DNA of 64,000 nucleotides from a virus (Duplodnaviria; Caudoviricetes): IMG/VR virus record IMGVR_UViG_3300031760_000048, positions 4,018 to 68,017 of that record; one strand, 5' to 3'. Shown piece by piece: positions 48,652 to 58,652 of this stretch (position 1 is its first letter; each line of letters starts with the position of its first letter). The notes under the pieces were generated by a model. It saw only the letters and a program-made list of their open reading frames with translations, ran no database searches and was not told where the DNA came from. The position numbers and the translations under genes were made by a program.

Positions 48652-49197
48652 ATGTTTAACAAAGAATTTTTAGATGAATTAACAAGGAGCAATGTTTTAG
48701 CGCTTGATATAGCGACGCATTGCGGTTATTATCACCCAGCAGAAGCTGGAACGTGGGATTTGGCGAAAATAGCGAAAAAAAGAGGCTGCGGAATACACAA
48801 GGCTTTTGCGGACACTCTCTATGATTTTTGTGCTAAAAACAAAGTCAGAATGATTGTTGCAGAGGACGTAAACGCAGGCGCTGGTGCGCATTTTATGGCA
48901 ATTCGTAAATTGTCGGAGTTGCGCGGTGTTTTGTATCTTTTAGCTGAAGATATGGAAATACCTGAGCCATGTTTCGCCAATATCACCACGGTTAAGAAAT
49001 GGGCAACCGGGAATGGTCGGGCTGATAAAAAGATGATGATTGAAGCTTGTAAAAGCCGATGGCACATCGACCCAATTGATGATAACATGGCAGATGCGAC
49101 GCACATCTATAAATGGTTTGTTCGAACATATAATATCAAGAAGGAGGCACAAAATGAGCTTACAGAGAAGATACAAGCGACAGGCGGAGAGAAATAG
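48652..49197 (+). CDS. ruvC: RuvC-like Holliday junction resolvase
   Basis: LALDIA, VAED, VKKWATGNGRADK, DDNMADA. Confidence 0.85.
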   Translation: MFNKEFLDELTRSNVLALDIATHCGYYHPAEAGTWDLAKIAKKRGCGIHKAFADTLYDFCAKNKVRMIVAEDVNAGAGAHFMAIRKLSELRGVLYLLAEDMEIPEPCFANITTVKKWATGNGRADKKMMIEACKSRWHIDPIDDNMADATHIYKWFVRTYNIKKEAQNELTEKIQATGGEK

Positions 49198-49423
49198 CGT
49201 AAAGCATACAGCTGCATTAGCTAAGGTTCTCTCAGATTTTTCAGAGTTTCTGGAAGAAAAGAAGCAAGACGATAGTGAAGTAAGGCGATATTTCTTGCAC
49301 TGTAATGGAAGATGGGTGGATTATTGTCGGAGGCACAAATTGAAGATGGAAGACGTGTTTAAACAAAATGTTGCAGAATTATGGCACAGAAACACCAACC
49401 CAGCGACAGCGAAAGACAATTGA
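49154..49423 (+). CDS. hypothetical protein (start at MSLQRRY)
   Basis: operonic overlaps on both sides. Confidence 0.55.
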   Translation: MSLQRRYKRQAERNSVKHTAALAKVLSDFSEFLEEKKQDDSEVRRYFLHCNGRWVDYCRRHKLKMEDVFKQNVAELWHRNTNPATAKDN

Positions 49424-50103
49424 AGGACGAGCTGTTTCAGAAATACATCATGCCGAATCTCAACATGGTTTATAGGCTATGTATCGACTATTCGTTCAGT
49501 GCAGAAAATGTTGAGGAGAATTATACGAGCGCTTTAACTAATTTGTACAAGTACATTCTTACTTACGACGAGAAGAAATCCATTCAGACGTGGATTCATA
49601 TCTGCACAAAACGATGCGTCTATAATTTAGAGATGAATCGTCAAAAAAAGGAGCGTAGGACAGATGATGTAAACGTAGAAGACATCCCAAATTCTTCATT
49701 TGACATTAGTAACGAGAATGACAGGGAAGACTTTGAGGTCAACCTTGATAATTACACTCAATTTTACAGTGATGAAATTGTTTATGCTTTGGACCAGTTG
49801 AAAGAATCGTACAGACGTATCTTCTTAATGCAGCTTTCAGGGTATCAAATGAAAGAGATTGCAGAAAGAGAATATGCACTGGGAGCAATCAAACATAACA
49901 GTTTGGATGCGATTCGAACGCGACTGTTCTTGGCAAGAAAGCAACTTCGTAAAATATTAAACAGAAATGGAAAACTTAGAGCTTTGGACGGCTGTCCGTT
50001 CGACACTTCAGATGTTCAAGATAGCGACTCCGGGTGGTGGGGAGATGGACAGGATATTGACAGAATGGGCGATATGGGTGAAGAACGAATTGATGGTGAA
50101 TGA
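49381..50103 (+). CDS. ECF-type sigma-70 factor
   Basis: region 2 (LFQKY...YD.KKSIQTWI) and region 4 (ALDQL..YRRIF..GY.MKEIA...IRTRLFLARKQL). Confidence 0.85.
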   Translation: MAQKHQPSDSERQLKDELFQKYIMPNLNMVYRLCIDYSFSAENVEENYTSALTNLYKYILTYDEKKSIQTWIHICTKRCVYNLEMNRQKKERRTDDVNVEDIPNSSFDISNENDREDFEVNLDNYTQFYSDEIVYALDQLKESYRRIFLMQLSGYQMKEIAEREYALGAIKHNSLDAIRTRLFLARKQLRKILNRNGKLRALDGCPFDTSDVQDSDSGWWGDGQDIDRMGDMGEERIDGE

Positions 50104-50548
50104 CCCTCGTAATGCCGTAGGGAATTACCTCATCTTTCAGCTCTATCGTCACAGGCATAACCCAGCTTATTCAACGACTGCTAATGTCAAAAGCTTGTTT
50201 AAGGAAGCGGCTCGCGAGAAATACATTGCCTTCCACAATCATACGACTATGCACTTTGAGAACCAATGGCTGTCAATAGGCAACTTTAGCCGTGAGGAAG
50301 TATGTAACGCATGGAAACATGAACATCCGTATCAAGGATATGTAGAAATGCAGGCAGACGATGAATATAAGCGCAATAATCAAAGATATGGCGATGATTG
50401 CTTGATGCTTTGTAAGACCAACACATTGATGTGGTCACCTGCCTCTGATGTGTGCGCACGCTGTAAATATATCGCTCAGTGTAAAGTGGAGACTAAGAAA
50501 TTGCATCCAGAATTATATAGATTAAGGTTGAAATGGCGCAAAGCATAG
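49967..50548 (+). CDS. hypothetical protein with CxxC zinc motif
   Basis: WSP.S.VCARCKYIAQC; directly before DnaB. Confidence 0.6.
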   Translation: MENLELWTAVRSTLQMFKIATPGGGEMDRILTEWAIWVKNELMVNDPRNAVGNYLIFQLYRHRHNPAYSTTANVKSLFKEAAREKYIAFHNHTTMHFENQWLSIGNFSREEVCNAWKHEHPYQGYVEMQADDEYKRNNQRYGDDCLMLCKTNTLMWSPASDVCARCKYIAQCKVETKKLHPELYRLRLKWRKA

Positions 50549-51876
50549 ATACAACAGAAGTATTAACCACCGATTTCCTATGTGAGTTATTTCACATGGC
50601 TATTGACAATGATTTGATTTGTTCAATCGTTACTCAATATTTGGTGGTTGATAATCTTCCCAGTAAGGATTTTCAGGTATTACTTAGAAATCTGAAGGCT
50701 TATTATAGTAGCCATCATAAAGCGCCAACATGGTCCATTATCAATCAAATGTTGGCTCATGATAGACAAGTAAGCCGCCTGTTGGAAGATGTAGATGCAA
50801 CTGGTGATGTAAGCTATAAGCTGGAAGCCTTAGTGGAGCAGTTTGAATTGTATCTTCGCAATGTACGTTTCCAAAAAACCTACAAAGAAGTCGGGGATGC
50901 GTATAAGACTGGCAATCGAGGTAAGGCGTTTCAATTATGGCATGAGTTCGCAGAATGGTCTAACTCCTTCACTCTGTCTGGCGATGAATTTGTTGATATT
51001 TGCGGTGATTTTGCGCTGCGATATTCAAACTTGAAGGCGTTAAGAGAGTCAGAAGTGAGAAAGCGTCCTGTTTCCAAATTTGGTATGCTGGAGATTGACA
51101 AGCTGAACAACAATCGTGATTTGCGAAAACAGTTGACATGTATATTGGCTTCAACTGGTGTCGGAAAATCTCATGCAGCGCGCTTTTTTGGCGTGTATCA
51201 GGCGATGAACGGCATGATTGTGCTTCATATTCAACTGGAAGGTGCCAAGGAAGAAGTTGTTGCTGCTTACGATGCTGCGTTCTGTCAGACCAAGGCATAT
51301 CGAATTGAAACTGCAAGGCTTACGCCAAGTGAAGAGGAAGCGTTTACAAGCAAGATGAAAGGCATTAACGGAAATGTATTTGTCAGGGCATTTACGAAAT
51401 TCGCAAATAAGATTACAAGTACAGATATTCGCAATGTCATTGTCAAGTTTATCAAAACACACGGAATTACACCGGATGTTATCATCGTAGATTCGATGGA
51501 CTTGGTTGCTTCAAGTAATCGCTTTAAGTCTGACAAGGAAGAGAGATTTGACAGAGTTCGTGTATCTCAGGATTTTAAGGATATTGCAGAAGAATTTAAT
51601 GTATGGTTTGTGACAACCTATCAGTCTACGATTGAGAACAGAGAAATTCTGAATGATGAAACTAAGGTCCTGTCTGAGTATAATTGCGCCGAAGCGAAGG
51701 GAATTTCCAGAGCCTTGACACATTTGATTACGTTGAACCAGTCTGATATGGAACGTAAGGAAGGACGAATGAGAATCCATATTGCTAAATCACGATTCTT
51801 TAAGCGAGACCAGCCAACATTCCCAATCAATACTGATTACGACCACGAAGTCTTTTATGTCACACCAACAATTTGA
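50533..51876 (+). CDS. dnaB: replicative DNA helicase, DnaB-like
   Basis: ASTGVGKS, IQLE, IIVDSMDL, TTYQ, IAKSR. Confidence 0.9.
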   Translation: MAQSIDTTEVLTTDFLCELFHMAIDNDLICSIVTQYLVVDNLPSKDFQVLLRNLKAYYSSHHKAPTWSIINQMLAHDRQVSRLLEDVDATGDVSYKLEALVEQFELYLRNVRFQKTYKEVGDAYKTGNRGKAFQLWHEFAEWSNSFTLSGDEFVDICGDFALRYSNLKALRESEVRKRPVSKFGMLEIDKLNNNRDLRKQLTCILASTGVGKSHAARFFGVYQAMNGMIVLHIQLEGAKEEVVAAYDAAFCQTKAYRIETARLTPSEEEAFTSKMKGINGNVFVRAFTKFANKITSTDIRNVIVKFIKTHGITPDVIIVDSMDLVASSNRFKSDKEERFDRVRVSQDFKDIAEEFNVWFVTTYQSTIENREILNDETKVLSEYNCAEAKGISRALTHLITLNQSDMERKEGRMRIHIAKSRFFKRDQPTFPINTDYDHEVFYVTPTI

Positions 51877-51883
51877 TTAAAAC

Positions 51884-52918
51884 ATGGAAATAACTGAAGA
51901 GGACAAACAGCATATCATCCTCGAACTCATATCCAGTCTTAATGCGAAGAAAGACGGAACTGGCAAAAACCTTCTTGTACCTGAGTGTCCTTATTGCGGA
52001 CATTCAGGCTACAAGTTCGGAATTTACATTGGGAAGCCAATCGGAAGGAAGCAGCCGTTTATGGCACATTGTTTTTCCTGTGGGCATAGTGTGGGCAATG
52101 TCAACACATTATTAAAGGACCTCGGAAGACCCGACCTGACGATAACGGAAACCTTTAAGCTGGATAATAAGTTGCAGGACGATTTCAGCTTTATGGAAGA
52201 CGAGGAGCTTGATGATGAGTTGACAGAGATTGATATGCCGGAATTTTATGTCAGAGCATGGCGAAATTCATACTTGAAGAAGCGAGGCTTTACGCACAGA
52301 GATTACGAGTTCTTTGAGGTGGGAACAACACGGGGATTCAATTTTAAGTTTGATGATTATGTAATTTTTCCGATTATCGAAGAAGGGTGTTATGTTGGAT
52401 ATGTTTCCAGACATACGGCGAGTAAGCAGGAAATCGATGCGCACAATGAGCGGGCTAAGAGAGACGGCACATATAGGATTATGCGTTATCGGAATAGCGT
52501 TGAGAATGACTTTGTTAAGTTGCTATACAATTATGACAATGTTATTGATGGCGAAACTGATACGGTGATTATTGTCGAGGGTGTGTTTGATGCAATAGCT
52601 CTAACTCGTAAGCTTGAACTGTATGACAATCATCGTGTGGCTGTGGTTGCAACATTTGGTAAGAAAATCTCTGATGTGCAAGTATACAAGTTGCAGCGTA
52701 AGGGCGTTGAAAACATTGTGATAGGCTATGACGGTGACGCAACTGCCGCGATTAACAAAACAGCTGCCCAACTGTCGGATTGCTTTGAGAATGTCTTAAT
52801 TGCCGATATTCCAGATGAGACCGCCGACTTTGACGATATGGATTTTTGGGATATATTCGATGTTTTCTCACAAAACTTAAAGACCATTGTTGAATATAAA
52901 TTAACACATTTTATATGA
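51884..52918 (+). CDS. dnaG: DNA primase (Zn finger + TOPRIM)
   Basis: CPYC...CFSC, YL.KRG, IFPI, IVEGVFDA, YDGD. Confidence 0.88.
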   Translation: MEITEEDKQHIILELISSLNAKKDGTGKNLLVPECPYCGHSGYKFGIYIGKPIGRKQPFMAHCFSCGHSVGNVNTLLKDLGRPDLTITETFKLDNKLQDDFSFMEDEELDDELTEIDMPEFYVRAWRNSYLKKRGFTHRDYEFFEVGTTRGFNFKFDDYVIFPIIEEGCYVGYVSRHTASKQEIDAHNERAKRDGTYRIMRYRNSVENDFVKLLYNYDNVIDGETDTVIIVEGVFDAIALTRKLELYDNHRVAVVATFGKKISDVQVYKLQRKGVENIVIGYDGDATAAINKTAAQLSDCFENVLIADIPDETADFDDMDFWDIFDVFSQNLKTIVEYKLTHFI

Positions 52919-54633
52919 TTAACAAAGAATTGCAGGCTTGGTTGGATGTAAATCATATACAATACAACATCCTTCCAGAGCCAAATATATTTGAAATTGT
53001 CGATATTGGCTTGTTTGTCTATGAGGAAGTTGATGATAAGAAGTCTATTTTTGACATTGACAAGGAAGGTAACGTCACTTATGCTTCTGAGTGTAAGTTG
53101 CAGTATTATAAAGATGACAGTATTCAGTTTATATGCTTCAAGTTTGGTGATCGATTTTACTATTTTGACATCGATAAGGAGTTCGAATTTAACGAATTGA
53201 AGTATTTAGGAGCTTGTAAACCTGCCGTTAGTATAGTGGAATATGTTAATTTGGGAGTCCATACACCTTTTGAGCTTTTGAATGGCAGTTTTTCTGTTGC
53301 GCAATGGGTCAAGAAAGCCAAATTCTTAGGACATAAGTCAATAGGAATTTGCGATTTAAATACAATGGCTGCAACTCTGATTCTTCAGCAAGAATGTGAA
53401 GCCGCTGAAATGAAATATGCTATTGGCTATTCATTACATTTCATTGAAAGTGAGCAGTCAGTGGGAGCGAAGGTTTACGCTAAAAACAATGAGGGACTTC
53501 AGTCTATGTTAAGAATACAAAAGGCTATCAATGTAGATTCTGAAGATAGGACCATTCCAATAGCTACTTTAATGGAGCACAGCAAGGGACTATATTTGGT
53601 AATGGATAAGCTTTCGTCAGCATGGCTCAAAGACTATCACGAAGCAGGGTTACTCCAATCTTTTCTGGATTGCTTTGAGAAAACCTATTTTCAGGTAGAT
53701 TTCAACGAATACAAAGCCGAGCGTATTGATACGCCGCTATTGATGTCACAGGCGATGTATTTTAACGAGTTGTACGGTAATATCCAGCTGCCTCCTGTGC
53801 TCATAGAAGATTGCTATTATCTCGACAAAGACAATGCCCGAAATAAGATAGTGCTAAATAAGATAGCCACTGGAGCAGCGCATGAGCAAAGCGATGAACA
53901 GTATTTTAAGGATATAGACGAGATTCATCAGCAATTCTTGGATATATTCGAAGATGCAGAGCGTGCTGAGAACATGTTTCAGGAAGCTTGCGCTAATTCA
54001 GTTGAAATAGGCATGTCGTGCGAAGCGAGGTACGAAACGGACCGAAATTTCATGCCACAATATGACATGACACCGGAGGAACAGCTTAAATATGGTGACA
54101 GACACACGATGTTCATCCAGCTCTTAGAGGAAGGTTTTAAAAAGCTGGTACCTAAAGGTCAAGAAGAAGTATATCGCAAGCAGCTGGAATACGAAAAATA
54201 TGTACTTGAAAGTACAAATAATGTAGACTACATGCTTGTTCAGTATGACACTTGTAACTGGGCGCGTGCCAATAATATTCTTGTCGGATGCGGTCGTGGT
54301 TCAGCTGGCGGTTGCTTAGTATTGTATCTGCTTGGCATTACTTTGATAGACCCGATAAAATACGGATTGATTTTTGAACGCTTTTTGCTGCCAGAACGAG
54401 CTGGATTGGAGCCAGACACGGTGACGATAATCGGAAAAGACATTGAGTCCGCCGATTACATATCAGTTACTCTGGAAAATGGCAAGACATACAAAGTTCA
54501 TCCAGACGCGGAGTTATTGGTAAAGCGTGGAGAAAGTGAAGAATATGTCAAAATATACGCGGATGAGCTGCAAGATGGCGATGATATTAAGTTTGACAAT
54601 AGAGATTTGGTATTCACATTAAACGAAATATGA
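52915..54633 (+). CDS. dnaE: DNA polymerase III alpha, N-terminal half (PHP + palm start) ending in a Hint-N-like tail
   Basis: LGVHT.FELLNG (PHP), GCGRGSAGG, IDPIKYGLIFERFLLPER, then about 75 non-DnaE residues. Confidence 0.92.
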   Translation: MINKELQAWLDVNHIQYNILPEPNIFEIVDIGLFVYEEVDDKKSIFDIDKEGNVTYASECKLQYYKDDSIQFICFKFGDRFYYFDIDKEFEFNELKYLGACKPAVSIVEYVNLGVHTPFELLNGSFSVAQWVKKAKFLGHKSIGICDLNTMAATLILQQECEAAEMKYAIGYSLHFIESEQSVGAKVYAKNNEGLQSMLRIQKAINVDSEDRTIPIATLMEHSKGLYLVMDKLSSAWLKDYHEAGLLQSFLDCFEKTYFQVDFNEYKAERIDTPLLMSQAMYFNELYGNIQLPPVLIEDCYYLDKDNARNKIVLNKIATGAAHEQSDEQYFKDIDEIHQQFLDIFEDAERAENMFQEACANSVEIGMSCEARYETDRNFMPQYDMTPEEQLKYGDRHTMFIQLLEEGFKKLVPKGQEEVYRKQLEYEKYVLESTNNVDYMLVQYDTCNWARANNILVGCGRGSAGGCLVLYLLGITLIDPIKYGLIFERFLLPERAGLEPDTVTIIGKDIESADYISVTLENGKTYKVHPDAELLVKRGESEEYVKIYADELQDGDDIKFDNRDLVFTLNEI

Positions 54634-54634
54634 T

Positions 54635-55945
54635 ATGATATTAACAGAAGAATTTGAGCGAGTTATATCGCTAATAGAAAACACTAATGATTGCATTTAT
54701 GTAACTGGAAAAGCTGGTTGTGGCAAGACAACACTGCTCAAACACATTCAGGATGTAGTATACAAACAGTGTGTAGTAGTAGCACCGACAGGTGTAGCAG
54801 CCATCAACGCTGGTGGTACAACGATTCATAAGCTTTTTCAGCTTCCACTGGGAGTTCTAACCGCCTCAGAAGTCGCAAAGCACGGACTAAATAAAGCCTC
54901 AAAACAGGTATTGCAGGCATTAGACTTGCTTATCATTGACGAGGTGTCTATGGTCCGTAGTGATGTGATGGACGCCATCGACTATCGTCTGAGAAAGGCA
55001 AGAAGCATCAAAGAGCCTTTTGGCGGCGTACAAGTTGTAATGTTTGGAGACCTCTACCAGTTGCCACCAGTAGTTAAAAGTAATGAAAAGGAGTTACTTG
55101 CAAGCCGATATGACAAGAATTTCTATTTCTTTAATGCCGAGGTGTTTCAGGAAGATACTGGTTTCCACGTTATTGAGCTGACCAAGGTATTCAGACAGTC
55201 TGATCCACAGTTTATTGAAATTCTGAATGGTATTCGTGACTACACAATTACCGATGACCAGCTTGAAGATTTGGCAGAAATCGTAGACTTTACAGAGTCC
55301 AAGAAAGTAGATGATAACGCTTTACACATTGCAACTCATAGACGTATTGTAGACGAGATTAACTCAACTCAGTTAGGCGAAGCAGAAACAACGTATGAGG
55401 CAGAGATAACAGGTACTTTCCCATCTCTGAGCTGCGACGAAGAATTGCAATTGCGAGTAGGTGCGCGTGTGATGATTCTTGTAAATGATAAAATGGAGAG
55501 ATATTTCAACGGAACTCTGGGTAAGGTTGAACAGCTCAAGGAAAGTAGCGTAGTTGTTATGACTGATGATGGTAAACTGGTCGAATTAGGCACACATCAA
55601 TGGGTTAATTACAGCTATGAAACCAGCGAGGAGACCGATGAGGACGGAAATACCAAAACTGTGATACGCAAGAAAGAAATCGGTTCCTGCACTCAGATTC
55701 CAGTTACGCTGGCATGGGCAATTACAGTTCATAAGGCGCAGGGCTTGACATTTGATAATGTAGTGCTGCATATTAAAGGCACATTTGCTGCCGGGCAGCT
55801 TTATGTAGCTCTTAGTCGCTGCCGTTCATTGCAGGGAATTATCTTGGATTCTTATGTTACAAGACGAATGATTATCAAGGATAAGGCTCTGAAGGACTTT
55901 GAAAAGGAGCAGAGACGAAGAGGTGGCAAATTTGGCAAAATTTAA
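54635..55945 (+). CDS. Pif1/RecD-like SF1B helicase
   Basis: GKAGCGKT, APTGVAA, IIDEVSM, GDLYQLPPV, FRQ, AWAITVHKAQG, YVALSR. Confidence 0.93.
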   Translation: MILTEEFERVISLIENTNDCIYVTGKAGCGKTTLLKHIQDVVYKQCVVVAPTGVAAINAGGTTIHKLFQLPLGVLTASEVAKHGLNKASKQVLQALDLLIIDEVSMVRSDVMDAIDYRLRKARSIKEPFGGVQVVMFGDLYQLPPVVKSNEKELLASRYDKNFYFFNAEVFQEDTGFHVIELTKVFRQSDPQFIEILNGIRDYTITDDQLEDLAEIVDFTESKKVDDNALHIATHRRIVDEINSTQLGEAETTYEAEITGTFPSLSCDEELQLRVGARVMILVNDKMERYFNGTLGKVEQLKESSVVVMTDDGKLVELGTHQWVNYSYETSEETDEDGNTKTVIRKKEIGSCTQIPVTLAWAITVHKAQGLTFDNVVLHIKGTFAAGQLYVALSRCRSLQGIILDSYVTRRMIIKDKALKDFEKEQRRRGGKFGKI

Positions 55946-55950
55946 CGACA

Positions 55951-58128
55951 ATGAAAGTAACAAGCGTAAAAGCACAACATACAACAACGCCAATCCCTTG
56001 TGTAGATTGCTATGTAGACAAGGGATATACACAAGGCGTTTCAGGCAGTCTTCCGGATGTGGATTGCGATTTCGAAAGTATCCGCCGTCAGGAAGTCAAG
56101 GAGTATATTGAAAGGCGATATAATCATGATGGTTTACAGCGTGTCTTTTCAGCAGGCACGCTCACAACCTTGAAAGTTAAGGCAGTAATAAAGGACGTTG
56201 CCAGAGTTCACAAGATTCCTGTTAGTCTTGTAAACTACATGACGGCTATCCTTCCAGATGATTTAGTTACTTGGACGGACCTGATGAAGTTTGCTGCGAC
56301 AAACAAGAAGATTAAAAAGTTCGTGTTTGACCATCCTCGCTTGTTTGAGGACATACGCACTTTAATGGGGCAGCCTCGTTCATCATCTATTCACGCTTCT
56401 GCCTTGCTCGTAACGCCTGATATGAAAGACGGCAAGCAAATGGAGTGTTTTGACTATACTCCTATCAAGAAAGTGGATAATATGCTTATCTCTGAGTTTG
56501 ACGGCTATACTCTGGACGCGCAGGGATTATTGAAGAATGACTGTCTTGGTATTAAGGAGCTATCCAAATTGCATCAGACTATTGATTTGGCAAACCAAAA
56601 TTACAATGCTGGCATTACATTTCAGGATATTGTGCAAAGTGGTTTGGATGACCCGGAGGTATATGAATTGCTGCAAAAGGGATATACGAAGAACGTGTTT
56701 CAGATGTCTTCTCGCGGTATGACCCATTTGCTTCAGGAAATGAAAGTGAACAGCATCAATGACCTTATTGCTGCCAATGCGTTGTTTCGTCCTGCGACTT
56801 TGGCAAATGGTAGTGCGGACAGATATGTCGATGTTAAGAACGGTGAAGAGCCTGTTTATCTGTGGGGAACCTATAATTCTCTGAAAGATACTTGTGGACA
56901 GATTACATATCAGGAACAGCTGGTAACTATTGCTCGTGAGGTTGGCGGATTTAGTTTGGGAGAAGGAGTGAAGCTGGTGAAATTTATTTCGAAGAAAAAG
57001 ACGGCAAAGATTCTGAAGCTCGAACCTAAATTTATGGCTGGCGCAAAGAAAAACGGTTGCCCAAAAGAAGAAGCCAAGGCTATTTGGGAAATGTTCCAGA
57101 AGGCAGGTACATATTTGTTTAATAAGAGCCACGCTACGGCTTATGGAGTTACTGCCTACGTCGGTGCATGGTTAAAAGCGAAATATCCTACGGCGTTCTA
57201 TACGGTAGCACTCCAGTGGGCTGGTGAGGAAGAAATTACGGACCTGATGAAAGAAATGGAAGAATGTTCGAAGGCAAAGGTAGTTGCTCCTAACATTAAC
57301 CAGTCGGGTACTGAGTTTTTCTCGGACTATGTTAAGAATGAAATATATTGGTCGCTCTCCAAGATTAAGTTTGTTGGCGAAAAAACTGTTCAATATATAG
57401 TATCCGAGAGAGAGGCGAGAGGTCCGTTTACTTCGCTTACAAACTTTCTTGAACGAGTGTTTAAGTATAAGCTGCTAAAGTATGAATATTGGGATAATCC
57501 AGAAGACCCGGAAGAAGCACAGAGTGTTCCGATAAATGCGCGTCATGTCAGAAATCTGATTATTGCAGGATGCTTTGATGAATTGGCTGGAATTACGGAT
57601 ATTACCAAACGCTTTAATTTGCTGGAAGAGGCTGCTTCATTGCTTGGCTTTAAGCTGGCAGATAAAGAGTTTCCAGAGCATTTGCGAGACAAGCATTATT
57701 TCTGGGCACAGCAACAGATTAGTATAAGCGCTCTTGGTAGTATTGATTATCAGCGTATTTACGATTCAACTGGATTGAACACACCGTATAATCGAAGCAA
57801 ATATCCATATCGTAGAATACCGGACCTTCTTCAAAGCACCAGCGATGGCAATAATTTCACTGTGTGCGCAACTATTTTGGATTGTGAGGAGAAGAATTAT
57901 TCTGATAAGATAACTGGCGAGACAAAATATTATTTGAAGCTAACGCTTTGTCAAGGTTTGGATACCATACGCTTGACGATATGGAATGACAAATATAGTC
58001 TATACCGTAGTGAATTAACTGATTGTAAGAATAAAATTATATGCCTGAATGTCAAGGTAGCCTATTCAGACTTTACAAAACAGAATGAGACGGCAACTTT
58101 GAAGGCGTCAAAAATTTTCGTAGTATGA
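55951..58128 (+). CDS. dnaE: DNA polymerase III alpha, C-terminal half starting with a Hint-C-like peptide
   Basis: SLPDVDCDF, SIHAS, LLKNDCLG, VFQ, ALFRP, YQEQ, FNKSHA.AY, C-terminal OB fold. Confidence 0.93.
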   Translation: MKVTSVKAQHTTTPIPCVDCYVDKGYTQGVSGSLPDVDCDFESIRRQEVKEYIERRYNHDGLQRVFSAGTLTTLKVKAVIKDVARVHKIPVSLVNYMTAILPDDLVTWTDLMKFAATNKKIKKFVFDHPRLFEDIRTLMGQPRSSSIHASALLVTPDMKDGKQMECFDYTPIKKVDNMLISEFDGYTLDAQGLLKNDCLGIKELSKLHQTIDLANQNYNAGITFQDIVQSGLDDPEVYELLQKGYTKNVFQMSSRGMTHLLQEMKVNSINDLIAANALFRPATLANGSADRYVDVKNGEEPVYLWGTYNSLKDTCGQITYQEQLVTIAREVGGFSLGEGVKLVKFISKKKTAKILKLEPKFMAGAKKNGCPKEEAKAIWEMFQKAGTYLFNKSHATAYGVTAYVGAWLKAKYPTAFYTVALQWAGEEEITDLMKEMEECSKAKVVAPNINQSGTEFFSDYVKNEIYWSLSKIKFVGEKTVQYIVSEREARGPFTSLTNFLERVFKYKLLKYEYWDNPEDPEEAQSVPINARHVRNLIIAGCFDELAGITDITKRFNLLEEAASLLGFKLADKEFPEHLRDKHYFWAQQQISISALGSIDYQRIYDSTGLNTPYNRSKYPYRRIPDLLQSTSDGNNFTVCATILDCEEKNYSDKITGETKYYLKLTLCQGLDTIRLTIWNDKYSLYRSELTDCKNKIICLNVKVAYSDFTKQNETATLKASKIFVV

Positions 58129-58652
58129 CAAGGACATTGATTGTTTGTATAGTGGGAGAAAGCGGAAGCGGAAAAACCTATGCTTCCCAATATCTCCAAA
58201 AAAGGTTTGGTCTGCACGCGATTGTTTCGTATACAACCAGACCTATCAGAGAAGAAGAAACTGATGGCGTAGAACATTTCTTTGTAAACAAGGAACAAGT
58301 TCCGTCAAAAGACCGCATGATGGCTTATACAGAATTTGGCGGTTATCAGTATTGGACGGAGAAAGAGCAGTTCTTTGACAGTCTGACATGCTCTTATGTG
58401 ATTGACGAAAAGGGGTTACAGGAGCTTAGACGGATAGTTCCTCCCCAGTTATTTCACATTATGTCGGTCAAGATTAAGAGAACGAATAAGACTGGCATAT
58501 CGGCTGAGAGAATAGCCAGAGACAAAGAACGTGAGGAAATAGCAGATAAATTGTTTGATGCTGTTGTTGATAACGACGGAACTCTGGTAGATTTTGAATA
58601 CAAATTAGGAATTTTATACGAAAAAATATGGCAAATTCAATCGACTCTATAA
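58125..58652 (+). CDS. guanylate kinase-like dNMP kinase
   Basis: GESGSGKT, SYTTRPIR..E.DGVEH.F. Confidence 0.85.
   Translation: MTRTLIVCIVGESGSGKTYASQYLQKRFGLHAIVSYTTRPIREEETDGVEHFFVNKEQVPSKDRMMAYTEFGGYQYWTEKEQFFDSLTCSYVIDEKGLQELRRIVPPQLFHIMSVKIKRTNKTGISAERIARDKEREEIADKLFDAVVDNDGTLVDFEYKLGILYEKIWQIQSTL

Noticed and set aside
54400-56046. Canonical active split intein, or a group I intron / homing endonuclease insertion
   Set aside because: No Cys/Ser at position 1, no TxxH, no terminal Asn/Gln; the insert is a helicase with 1-5 nt intergenic gaps, leaving no room for an intron core.
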